Source: Candidatus Pseudoruminococcus merdavium (GTDB taxonomy: Bacteria; Bacillota; Clostridia; Oscillospirales; Ruminococcaceae). Taken from it: a stretch of DNA of 64,000 bases. How positions within the stretch are numbered: position 1 is the stretch's first letter; each line of letters begins with the position of its first letter. The DNA is taken from the NCBI GenBank assembly GCA_904419745.1, contig CAJFSS010000007.1, positions 1 through 64,000 of the forward strand, in the 5' to 3' direction. The position numbers were made by a program, and so were the translations under genes. Positions 29,535-38,349 of the stretch are shown here, piece after piece. Under the pieces are notes generated by a model, which worked only from the letters and a program-made list of their open reading frames with translations, was not told where the DNA came from and ran no database searches.

Positions 29535-29680
29535 TTTTGGTTCTAAAGTTAGTCTTGCACAACCACTTGCGCTATTATATCACCGTTCAAAAAACTTGTC
29601 AATGCAGAGAAAATATCCTCAAAACTCTGTTTTTTAGTCAGATATTATATGCAGTATAAACAATTTTCGTCTTAGAGTTT

Positions 29681-31396
29681 TTATTTCTTTATAGTTTTAG
29701 AACATTCTTGGACTGTCTCCTCTATGGCAGTACCGTTTTCCAAACGGATAATCCGATTGCAACCGGTCAGGGTGGACATTCTATGGGAAATAATTAAAAG
29801 CGTTTTATCCGGATATTCTTCCCGCAAGGTTTTGAGCAACTCTTTTTCGTGGAGGACATCTAAACTGCTGGTCGGTTCGTCCATAACAACCACGTCGGGA
29901 TCCACCAGCATAACTCTGGCAATACCGACTCTTTGGCGTTCGCCTCCGGAGAGCCTTGCTCCCATCTGCCCCATCTGGGTCTGATAGCCATCCGGCAGCG
30001 TGGAAATGAAATCATGCAGGCCGGCTCTTCTGGCGGCATTGCGAATTTCCTTCATCGAAGCCTCCGGTTTACCAAGCGCGATATTTTCCGCAATGGTTCC
30101 ATTAAAAAGAAACGTATCCTGTTCCAGTACTGCTATTCTGCGGTGCAATTCCTGGAGGGAGAGTTGTTGTACAGGGATTCCGTTCATTTTTATGGAACCG
30201 CTCACCGGGTTCCAAAACCTCAGCAATAAACGGAAAACCGTTGATTTTCCCACACCGCTTTCCCCAACAATTCCAACCTTATCTCCACGTTTAATTACAA
30301 GGTTCATCCTTTTCAGGATATCCTTACTGTTTTCCGCATAGTGAAACGACACATTTTCAAACGAAATGCTCTCAATTGGGCCAAGTGTTCTCGGATGTTC
30401 TGTCTCTGTAATTTCAGGCCTGGTATCTTCAATGATAAATAACCGTTCTGCAGCGGCAAATGCTTCCAGCAAGCTGGAAACCACCATAGTCAATGAAAAA
30501 GTAGAGGAAAAGGACGCCACGGCAACAAACGAGATAACAACAGTCCCCACTGGATTTTGCGAACCCGAACCGGCTAGATAGGTGGCCACCGCCAAAATCA
30601 GGATGCGGGCAAGATACACAAAAAAGGTCGGCGTAGAGGAAACCGTCTGCCGGTGCAGGGTCAGACCATGTGCCGCACGATTGACCTTTTTATTCTGTTC
30701 CTGTACTCTTGCAAGCTGATCGTGTCCATACCCAAAAATCTGGATATCCTTAATTCCATAGACGCTTTCCAGAACAAGCGACTTGATTTCCCCAAGGCGC
30801 GTCCGGTAACGCATCCCAATAGGTCTGCCCGCTTTCATAGCAATCAGAGGAAGCACGATACTGATAATTAGATAAATTGGAAGCAAAACTGCTGCATACA
30901 ATGGATGGAAAAAAAGCGCCAAGCCCAGTGTGACACAGGGTAGCAGGATAACGGTAAACATTGGGCCAATAGTATGAGCGAAAAAATACTCAATCGTCTC
31001 AATATCCGAAACTGCAACATTCAGGATATCTCCTTTTTTCCTGTCCATCAGGCAGGCTGGCGCAAGTTTGCGGATAGTTTCAAACAGGTGGATTCGCATG
31101 CTGGCAAGTAACTTATAGGCGCCCGCATGAGAGGCCACGCCTTCCAAATATCGGCAGATAACAATCATAAGTCCGCAGACCACCATCAGAATTCCAAACA
31201 GGATGGGAGAACCGGAAGTGAGTTTTCCCGCACAGGACAGGATTAACAGTGCGCCAAATCCCATCAAACCCATATGCGACAGGTTTCCAAAAACACTCGC
31301 CAAAGTGGAAACAGTCAAATACCCTTTGACTGGGGAAGCAATTTTTAAAAGCCGTCCTACCATTTCCCGAATGGAATATTGGAATTTCTGTCTCAT
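29681..31396 (-). CDS. ABC exporter, fused permease and ATPase half-transporter (subunit 2 of a heterodimer)
   Basis: 571 aa. An N-terminal domain with six transmembrane helices, then Walker A GESGVGKST, the signature LSGGERQRV and Walker B VVMDEPTS. Confidence 0.85.
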   Translation of the reverse strand: MRQKFQYSIREMVGRLLKIASPVKGYLTVSTLASVFGNLSHMGLMGFGALLILSCAGKLTSGSPILFGILMVVCGLMIVICRYLEGVASHAGAYKLLASMRIHLFETIRKLAPACLMDRKKGDILNVAVSDIETIEYFFAHTIGPMFTVILLPCVTLGLALFFHPLYAAVLLPIYLIISIVLPLIAMKAGRPIGMRYRTRLGEIKSLVLESVYGIKDIQIFGYGHDQLARVQEQNKKVNRAAHGLTLHRQTVSSTPTFFVYLARILILAVATYLAGSGSQNPVGTVVISFVAVASFSSTFSLTMVVSSLLEAFAAAERLFIIEDTRPEITETEHPRTLGPIESISFENVSFHYAENSKDILKRMNLVIKRGDKVGIVGESGVGKSTVFRLLLRFWNPVSGSIKMNGIPVQQLSLQELHRRIAVLEQDTFLFNGTIAENIALGKPEASMKEIRNAARRAGLHDFISTLPDGYQTQMGQMGARLSGGERQRVGIARVMLVDPDVVVMDEPTSSLDVLHEKELLKTLREEYPDKTLLIISHRMSTLTGCNRIIRLENGTAIEETVQECSKTIKK

Positions 31397-33150
31397 TTCT
31401 CTTCACCTACTTCCCTGTGTTCTTCCAGATTAGCCTGTTCCGTTACCAATTGGTAATACAAGCCATGGTTTTGCATTAAATCTTCGTGCCGGCCGCTTTC
31501 AGAAATTTTTCCGCCCGACAGGACATAAATACAGTCCGCATTCTGAATCGTGGACAGCCTGTGTGAAATGATGATAAGCGTCCTTGTCATGGCAAGCCTG
31601 TCCACACAACTCCAGATTTCCTGCTCACTCTGGATATCCACACTGGAAGTTGCCTCGTCAAAAATAATATATTCCGCCTTGCAGAGCAGGGCGCGGGCAA
31701 TTCCGATCTTTTGGCGTTGCCCTCCGGAAAGTTTTCCCCCGCTGTCTCCGACATCGGTATCAAGACCATCCGGCAGTGTATCCACCCAGTTTTTTAACCG
31801 TACCTGTTGCAGTGCCTCCAGCATTTCTTCTTTGGTGGCATCCTTTTTAGCTATCCTCAGGTTGTCCGCAATTGTGCCGGAGAAAATACTGACGCTCTGG
31901 GGAACCATAATAATCCGTTTCCTAAGCTGTTCTGGGGTAAAACTGTAATAATCTTTTCCTTCGAGTGTGATGCGCCCATTCGATGGGTCAAAAAAACGCA
32001 TCAAAAGCCCCGCGATAGTGCTTTTTCCACAGCCGGATAATCCGGCAAGAGCGGTTACCTTTCCTTTCGGGATGGTCAGGGAAACATCGGTTATCGCGGC
32101 GTTACGCCCTGTATAAGAATGTGAAACATGTTCCATTCGGATTCCTTCATAGACATCCTTGTCTATTGGCAAGGCGGGATCATAAGGGCGAGAGGTATCG
32201 ATATCAAGCAGATTTTCCACTTTTTCTGCTGCTGATACCCCGCTGAGCGCAGTATGGGTCGCATTCATCAGTTGGCGCACCGAGTCAAAAAAGCTATAAG
32301 AGAGCAGCAAAATCATCAGAGCAGAGGTAAAGAGAATGTCCCCCTGCAAAAGTCCCGCACTGACAATTCCCATCGCAATCAGGATGGAACAGTAAATCAT
32401 ACCATCCGTGAGCAGGAAGGATGAAAAATTCACCTTCATAACATCCATGATTTTCCGGTTAAAAGCATCTGCCTTTTTGCTAAGAACTTTAGTCCGTTCA
32501 CCGTCCTGTTCATAGAGTTTAAAAGTCGTCAATCCCTGTACGCTTTCCAAATAGTAGCCAGTTAAATCCTCCATGGAGTTCCAGTATTCGGTTTTTAGCG
32601 TTTCAATTTTAGAACGGAAAATATTGTTGATAGGAAGCAGAACAAATGATACGGCAAACAGCAGAATTGCCACTGACAAAGAAGAGTTCTTTAATTGAAA
32701 AAACAGGTAAATGGGAGCGCACATGCAATAAATCAACCCCGGAAGGTATTGACTATAATAGGTCTGCATGGATTCCACCCCATCCACAGAGGATGTTATC
32801 GCAGAAACAGGCCCGATTCTCTCAATGTTCCCGGCATCCAGCTCCAGTACCTTGGAAAAAATTTTTGTACGCAGGGCAGTCCGTGCCTTTGCAGTACAGC
32901 GGTACTCCAACTCACCGCGTAATAGTTCAGAACAGAATGTAACTGCTGCAATCACGAGCGCGGACAGAATAGCAGAACCGGCTGTTTCTATTGTTACGGA
33001 TGGGGAATCAATATTTCCAAGGAATCCGGAAATGGTTTTTGCAAACGCTGTAATTCCAATTAATGTAACCAGTTTGACAATAACAATAGCAAAAATCCAT
33101 CCCCACAGCCCTTTTGCCAGCCGCAAGAGTGTTTTGTTAAGTAAAAGCAT
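31393..33150 (-). CDS. ABC exporter, fused permease and ATPase half-transporter (subunit 1)
   Basis: 585 aa. Walker A GLSGCGKST, signature LSGGQRQK, Walker B IIFDEATS. Its stop overlaps the start of the downstream paralog. Confidence 0.85.
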   Translation of the reverse strand: MLLLNKTLLRLAKGLWGWIFAIVIVKLVTLIGITAFAKTISGFLGNIDSPSVTIETAGSAILSALVIAAVTFCSELLRGELEYRCTAKARTALRTKIFSKVLELDAGNIERIGPVSAITSSVDGVESMQTYYSQYLPGLIYCMCAPIYLFFQLKNSSLSVAILLFAVSFVLLPINNIFRSKIETLKTEYWNSMEDLTGYYLESVQGLTTFKLYEQDGERTKVLSKKADAFNRKIMDVMKVNFSSFLLTDGMIYCSILIAMGIVSAGLLQGDILFTSALMILLLSYSFFDSVRQLMNATHTALSGVSAAEKVENLLDIDTSRPYDPALPIDKDVYEGIRMEHVSHSYTGRNAAITDVSLTIPKGKVTALAGLSGCGKSTIAGLLMRFFDPSNGRITLEGKDYYSFTPEQLRKRIIMVPQSVSIFSGTIADNLRIAKKDATKEEMLEALQQVRLKNWVDTLPDGLDTDVGDSGGKLSGGQRQKIGIARALLCKAEYIIFDEATSSVDIQSEQEIWSCVDRLAMTRTLIIISHRLSTIQNADCIYVLSGGKISESGRHEDLMQNHGLYYQLVTEQANLEEHREVGEEK

Positions 33151-33327
33151 ATAATTTTCCCCCTGTCTGTTTTTTCAGTAAAAGCGTTCCCCTGTATCCC
33201 GATACAATTTTCTTTCTGCCACAGGGAAAAGCGGGAAGCAAACCGCTGCACCGTCTTTCAATTTTCAATATTGACCCATGATGTCCTAGGCCCATCCTAA
33301 TTACTTTCACAAACGGACCACAGGATA

Positions 33328-33723
33328 CTAGGTATTTTGCTCTGACGGGCCGACTCCATTTTTCAGAAAATATTGTTTCAGCGCTTCAAAGCTCTCCGCA
33401 CTAAGGGCATGCTCCATCCGACAGGCGTCCTTCATGGCAATATCCTTGTCTACACCTAGGCTGCACAGGACATCGGAAAACAGAAGATGCCTCTCATAAA
33501 TGGTTTCCGCCAGTGTCCTTCCCTGTTTCGTGAGGGAAATCTCATGGTTCTCTCCCATCTGAATATATCCACCGTTTCTCAGGTTTTTCATCGCTACGCT
33601 GACGCTCGCTTTAGAGACATTCAGTTGCGCCGCAATATCCACCGAGCGTACTGCGGCGCCGGTACGGTTTTGTAAAATCAAAATCATTTCCAGATAATCT
33701 TCACCGGACTCCATAATTTTCAT
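33328..33723 (-). CDS. MntR/DtxR-family metal-dependent transcriptional regulator (no C-terminal SH3 domain)
   Basis: 131 aa. It aligns with B. subtilis MntR across the HTH and the dimerisation/metal-binding domain (SGEDYLEMIL..., ...ERHLLFSDVL..., ...MEHALS...). Confidence 0.8.
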   Translation of the reverse strand: MKIMESGEDYLEMILILQNRTGAAVRSVDIAAQLNVSKASVSVAMKNLRNGGYIQMGENHEISLTKQGRTLAETIYERHLLFSDVLCSLGVDKDIAMKDACRMEHALSAESFEALKQYFLKNGVGPSEQNT

Positions 33724-33772
33724 GTTTTGCCTCCCTTCATAAATTCTATATTATTTGTCTTATTCGCCCTCG

Positions 33773-33788
33773 GTTAGATACAGCTAAC
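33773..33788. promoter_or_regulatory. Candidate autoregulatory operator GTTAG-ATACAG-CTAAC upstream of the MntR-like gene
   Basis: Perfect 5-6-5 inverted repeat, 50 to 65 bp upstream of the regulator start codon. It overlaps the likely -35 region, and a TAATAT -10 element lies downstream. Confidence 0.45.
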
Positions 33789-34006
33789 TACAAGAGAAAA
33801 AATACAGGAATTCCCCACAAATTGTCGGAAAAATCCAATTAAATAATATTTTACTATAATCTCTCTTTTCGGTCAAGTCAGTTTGCTTTCCCTCTAAAGA
33901 CTTCAGCCGGTAGCAGAAGATGATAGACAATCCTCTGGTTCCTATATCACCTTTTCTTTCATTTTCCTTTATTTTTTATCACAAAAATTGAACAACTCCT
34001 GAAGAG

Positions 34007-34042
34007 ACAAAAAAGCAGCTGGCATTGTTTTGCCAGCTGCTT
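34007..34042 (-). terminator. Intrinsic terminator of thiW: GCAGCTGGCA-ttgttt-TGCCAGCTGC followed by a T-run on the minus strand
   Basis: A 10 bp perfect stem, 19 bp after the thiW stop, followed by a U-run in the transcript. Confidence 0.8.
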
Positions 34043-34060
34043 TCTGTGCGCTTTCTCCTT

Positions 34061-34567
34061 TTATCGTCCGGAAGGAGACGGAACCAGACGGTCAAGGACA
34101 TGAGTCTTTTTCAGGGCATACAAAATAGCGATAGAAATTGTTGACCCCCCAACAGTACTTACCATAAATGGAATGACATAGGCAAACAGTGCAGTCTCCT
34201 GTGTCATGACAAAAGCAGCAATGGGATATGCCGCCAATGCGCCAAGGAATCCCGTGCCGATAACCTCTCCCAAATAGGCAAGAGGAAGGCGCTTAGTATA
34301 GCGGTACAGCATGCCACAGCAAAACGCACCGACCATACTTCCAGGGAACGCAAGCAAGCTCCCGGTACTCGTCATTACACGGATAAGCGAGGTCACAAAC
34401 GCCATCCCCAATGCATACCACGGCCCCAAAATCACGCCTGCCAGGACGTTCACCATATGCTGAATGGGAAAACACTTGGAAGCCCCAACCGGAATATAAA
34501 ATGCTGAGCATACCACACCCAGCGCAATCAGGATTCCTGCCATTGTCAGTTTTTTTGTCTTACTCAT
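34061..34567 (-). CDS. thiW: ECF-transporter S component ThiW (thiazole/thiamine-precursor transporter)
   Basis: 168 aa small polytopic membrane protein (MSKTKKLTMAGILIALGVV...) immediately downstream of a TPP riboswitch. Confidence 0.7.
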   Translation of the reverse strand: MSKTKKLTMAGILIALGVVCSAFYIPVGASKCFPIQHMVNVLAGVILGPWYALGMAFVTSLIRVMTSTGSLLAFPGSMVGAFCCGMLYRYTKRLPLAYLGEVIGTGFLGALAAYPIAAFVMTQETALFAYVIPFMVSTVGGSTISIAILYALKKTHVLDRLVPSPSGR

Positions 34568-34599
34568 TTCTCATCACTCCAATTAAAAATGGGATACGC

Positions 34600-34735
34600 C
34601 CACCTCAGGCGCACCCCATAACAGTGACGAGAAAAGATTCCCAGCACAAAACTGATGTCCCTACGTTGGCATTATCCAAATCAGGTTATGGGTCGAAACT
34701 TCCAGTTTCCTCTCAGCCTGTCTCACAAGCTCCCC
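34600..34735 (-). promoter_or_regulatory. TPP (THI-box) riboswitch
   Basis: The minus-strand transcript contains GGCTGAGAGG...ACCCATAACCTGATTTGGATAATGCCAACGTAGGGA, matching the conserved THI-element cores CUGAGA and ACCUGAUCUGGAUAAUGCCAGCG. It lies 5' of thiW. Confidence 0.8.
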
Positions 34736-34748
34736 TTTTTCGTTTTTT

Positions 34749-34777
34749 ATCATACGCCGCTTTTTTCCACTTGTCAA
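34749..34777 (-). promoter_or_regulatory. Promoter for the riboswitch-thiW transcript: TTGACA, a 17 bp spacer, then TATGAT
   Basis: Consensus -35 and near-consensus -10 elements on the minus strand, just upstream of the THI element. Confidence 0.6.
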
Positions 34778-35505
34778 GCGTCTTGTGTCAAAAAAGGAAC
34801 AATTTTTGCAAGAGTTTCCTGCGCAAGTCCTGCCCGCAACAGATATTCCCCTGCCCCTCCATAAACCTGTTTAAGGTGGATGAGTGTCTGTTCCATGGTG
34901 TGGGGAGCGGCTTCAAAAATATATTTGGGCAAATGAACGCCTACATTTTGCAGCAGTTCTTGCTGTCTTCTTCCGGGTTCCAACATGTATTCCTGTGTAG
35001 CGGAATAATCCTTGATAATCCACTCTTCCCCCACCCCAGCAAGCGAGAGCAGGAGCATGGAGACAAGCCCGGTACGGTCTTTCCCCGCAGTACAATGGAA
35101 TAGGACACATTCCCCCGTATATTCCGCCATTTTTTCAAAAATACGGACAAAGGTCTTCCCGCTTCCATCCAGAAGATCCCGGTACATCTGTTCCATTGAG
35201 GAAGGAAGCGAAGTTCCGGCAAGCAGATCCGAATGAATATGATCAAGCAGGGGAAAATTTTGGTATTCTATTCCACTTGGAATAAGATATCCACCTTCCT
35301 CCGCCTCTTTGGAAGCCCTTAAATCAACAACACAGCGAACCCCATATTCCCACAGGGTATTCCAATCGCCTTTGGTCAAGCGCAGCAAGCTGTCGCTACG
35401 CAAATAGCGGTGGGATGCTGTTACTCTCCCATCTTTTGTGGGATATCCACCCAAATCCCTTGTATTATGGCTCCCCTTTAGCGGGAGCGGCAGAGAAATA
35501 TTCAT
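34774..35505 (-). CDS. protein tyrosine/serine phosphatase (Y_phosphatase3-like, CX5R active site)
   Basis: 243 aa with the active-site motif HCTAGKDRTG. Confidence 0.8.
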   Translation of the reverse strand: MNISLPLPLKGSHNTRDLGGYPTKDGRVTASHRYLRSDSLLRLTKGDWNTLWEYGVRCVVDLRASKEAEEGGYLIPSGIEYQNFPLLDHIHSDLLAGTSLPSSMEQMYRDLLDGSGKTFVRIFEKMAEYTGECVLFHCTAGKDRTGLVSMLLLSLAGVGEEWIIKDYSATQEYMLEPGRRQQELLQNVGVHLPKYIFEAAPHTMEQTLIHLKQVYGGAGEYLLRAGLAQETLAKIVPFLTQDA

Positions 35506-35659
35506 CGGCTAGCTCCTTTTCTAATTAAAAGTAGTGTTTCCTGTTTATAAAATCAGCGTAGAATTACCGGTTCCTGTCATCTAGGGCTATTCTAGCACAA
35601 AGCAGATCGCACCGCAAGGAGCATGACCACCGTGGGGATGCAACTTCCAAATATCAGGA

Positions 35660-35704
35660 CAAAACACCCCATTCCCAAGGATTTTGGGAATGAGGTGTTT
35701 TTTA
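35660..35704. terminator. Terminator downstream of hydF: ACACCCCATTCCCAA-ggatt-TTGGGAATGAGGTGT followed by TTTTTT
   Basis: A long imperfect stem with a strong T-run on the plus strand and a moderate one on the minus strand. Confidence 0.65.
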
Positions 35705-36898
35705 TTCCGGCAGGACAATCTTATCAAGAATTCCGGTCAGTTTTGCAATCAAGATTCCATAATTGGTCATCGCAACGCCCTGCGCCTGTGCGAGAGCCGC
35801 ACGGGAAAGCAGAAAACGGCGGTTAAACATACATCCACCACAGTGCACAACCAAATCATACCTCCGCAGATCGTGCGGGAAATCCGTCCCTGAGACATGC
35901 TCGACTGTGATCCCGGGCCCAATCCGTTTTCTGAGCATGGCAGGGATTTTTACCCGACCGATATCCTCTGTGAGCGGGGCGTGGGTGCAGGCCTCTGCAA
36001 TCAGGACCCGAGAGCGTTCTGTCAGGGAATCCAGCTTGTCAGCTCCCCGACGGAACACAGAGATATCACCCTTATATGCCGCAAAGAGGACGGAAAATGA
36101 AGTGAGCAATGTCCCTTTTGGTACCAGAGGATAAACCTCCTGAAATACCTGAGAATCCGTGATAATCAATTTTGGCGGTTGCTTTAAAACCTCCAGCGCT
36201 TGTGAAAGACGTTGCGGCGTGGTATTGATGGAAATACAGTCTTTTTCCAACATTTCCCGGATGGTCTGCACCTGTGGCAAAATCAACCTGCCTTTAGGCG
36301 CTTCGGAGTCCTGCGGCATGACCAGGACAACCACATCCCCTGCCTGTACCAGGTTTCCAGTAATGCTTTGCATACCGAAATCTTCTGGTATCCGGCGAAG
36401 GATCCTCTCGAGCAGCTCTCCGATCCCCTCTTTGGTTCTACTGCTTACGACAATAGGGTTCAGTCCAAGCTGTGCTTGTACTTTGGAAGCTATCTCCGGG
36501 ATATCGTCCAATTCGTCCGCTTTATTGACCACAGCTAGGAATGGAACTTTAGCTTCCTTGAGCTTGTTTGCCCATTCCTTTTCCAAAGAGAGTTCCGGTG
36601 AGGAACACACAATCAGCGCAAGATCCGCACGGGACAGGGTCTGCTCCGTCTTTTGTACGCGTAATTTTCCCAAATCCCCGCTGTCGTCAAAGCCCGCCGT
36701 ATCAATGAAAACACAGGGACCAATTCCCGGGATTTCCATCGCCTTGAAAACCGGGTCTGCGGTAGTTCCGGCATGTTCGGAAACAATGGACAATTCCTGT
36801 CCGGTAATCGCATTGAGAAGGGAGGATTTTCCCGCGTTCCTCCTGCCGTAAATCGCAATATGGAGCCTGTTTGCCTGCGGTGTGGTATTCATCTGCAA
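35702..36898 (-). CDS. hydF: [FeFe]-hydrogenase H-cluster maturation GTPase HydF
   Basis: 398 aa with the GTPase G1 motif GRRNAGKSSLLNA and a C-terminal Fe-S-binding CxH...HCGGC motif. Adjacent to hydG and hydE. Confidence 0.9.
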   Translation of the reverse strand: MQMNTTPQANRLHIAIYGRRNAGKSSLLNAITGQELSIVSEHAGTTADPVFKAMEIPGIGPCVFIDTAGFDDSGDLGKLRVQKTEQTLSRADLALIVCSSPELSLEKEWANKLKEAKVPFLAVVNKADELDDIPEIASKVQAQLGLNPIVVSSRTKEGIGELLERILRRIPEDFGMQSITGNLVQAGDVVVLVMPQDSEAPKGRLILPQVQTIREMLEKDCISINTTPQRLSQALEVLKQPPKLIITDSQVFQEVYPLVPKGTLLTSFSVLFAAYKGDISVFRRGADKLDSLTERSRVLIAEACTHAPLTEDIGRVKIPAMLRKRIGPGITVEHVSGTDFPHDLRRYDLVVHCGGCMFNRRFLLSRAALAQAQGVAMTNYGILIAKLTGILDKIVLPE

Positions 36899-36906
36899 GC
36901 CCTCCT

Positions 36907-38325
36907 TTAAAAACGGAAATCCCTCATGCCGCCATCCATATCATGTAAATGTTTGTACACAATTTCCCGCACTTTTTCATTCGGGATGGTCTCAGCTTCC
37001 CGCGCAATCATATCCAGGGCAAGCTGTTTTGTCTCCTCATCCGCATAGTCCTCAGCAAATTCTTTGAGCGTCATCAAAGCATTGGGCAAACAGCAGTTTT
37101 TGATCTGTCCCGCTTTTACCAGCGACATAAAGCGGTCACCAGTTCTGCCTTCCCGGTAGCAGGCGGTGCAGAAACTCGGCAGATATCCAAGCTTCAGCAG
37201 CCAGTTGACTACCTGGCCAAGCGTACGGTTATCACTGATTTCAAATTGGGAAGAATCTTCTTCCTCCTCTTCTGTTTCCGCATAGCCTCCGACACTGGTA
37301 CGGGAACCGCCACTAATTTGGGATACACCATATTTGAGAACCATTTCACGGGTCTTCTTGGATTCTCTTGTGGAGATAATCAGCCCTGTATATGGGACAG
37401 CAATCCGCAAAATAGCGACAATTTTCTGGAACAATTCATCGGAAATGCCGTTTTTAAATTCAGAAGCGTCAATATCGTCCGCATCTCTCAGGCGTGGAAC
37501 GCTGATTGTGTGCGGCCCGACGCCATGAACGGCTTCCAGATGTTCTGCATGCATCAGTAAACCGACAAAATCATATTTATAGAGATTTAATCCAAAAAGT
37601 ACACCACAGCCGACATCGTCTATACCGCCTTCCATGGCGCGATCCATGGCCTCGGTATGGTAATTATAGTTGTGCTTCGGGCCTGTGGGATGCAGCAGTT
37701 CATATTGTTCTTTGTTGTAAGTTTCCTGAAACAGGATATAAGTTCCAATACCTGCCTCTTTGAGTTTGCGGTAATTTTCTACTGTCGTCGCCGCAATATT
37801 AACATTGACACGGCGGATAGCTCCGTTTTTATGCTTAATGGAATAAATGGTTTTGATACTCTCCAGCACGTATTCAATTGGGCAGTTGACAGGGTCTTCT
37901 CCTGTCTCCAAAGCCAGGCGCTTATGCCCCATATCCTGTAAAGCGATGACTTCCCTACGGATTTCTTCCTGAGAAAGCTGTTTTCTCGGGATATGCTTGT
38001 TCTTTGCATGATACGGACAGTAAGTACAACCATTGACGCAGTAATTGGAAAGGTAAAGTGGAGCAAACATGACAATCCGGTTTCCATAAAACTCCTGTTT
38101 AATCTTGGACGCCTGCTCAAAAATACGTTGAAGCGCTTGTTCATCCTCACACATCAGAAGAAGCGCAGCTTCCCGATGAGTTAGTCCCTTTAACTCATCA
38201 GTTTTATCAATAATCTTATTAATCAGTGTAAGATTATCCTTGTTTTCCTCCGCCCATGCAATGGTGTCCTTAATTTCTGTATCGTCAATAAATTCGGTTG
38301 CCTTTAAAGAGTATTTGTCATACAT
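36907..38325 (-). CDS. hydG: [FeFe]-hydrogenase H-cluster radical SAM maturase HydG (tyrosine lyase)
   Basis: 472 aa. Radical SAM cluster CVNGCTYC plus a C-terminal auxiliary cluster CTACYREGRTGDRF. Confidence 0.9.
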   Translation of the reverse strand: MYDKYSLKATEFIDDTEIKDTIAWAEENKDNLTLINKIIDKTDELKGLTHREAALLLMCEDEQALQRIFEQASKIKQEFYGNRIVMFAPLYLSNYCVNGCTYCPYHAKNKHIPRKQLSQEEIRREVIALQDMGHKRLALETGEDPVNCPIEYVLESIKTIYSIKHKNGAIRRVNVNIAATTVENYRKLKEAGIGTYILFQETYNKEQYELLHPTGPKHNYNYHTEAMDRAMEGGIDDVGCGVLFGLNLYKYDFVGLLMHAEHLEAVHGVGPHTISVPRLRDADDIDASEFKNGISDELFQKIVAILRIAVPYTGLIISTRESKKTREMVLKYGVSQISGGSRTSVGGYAETEEEEEDSSQFEISDNRTLGQVVNWLLKLGYLPSFCTACYREGRTGDRFMSLVKAGQIKNCCLPNALMTLKEFAEDYADEETKQLALDMIAREAETIPNEKVREIVYKHLHDMDGGMRDFRF

Positions 38326-38349
38326 AACTTCTCGTCTTCTTTCTTTTTC

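Noticed and set aside
33270-33300. The near-palindromes ATACTAGGTAT and CCTAGGCCCATCCTAA in the regulator / ABC transporter intergenic region
   Set aside because: They are imperfect and short. They are not repeated elsewhere and do not match the GTTAG-N6-CTAAC motif.
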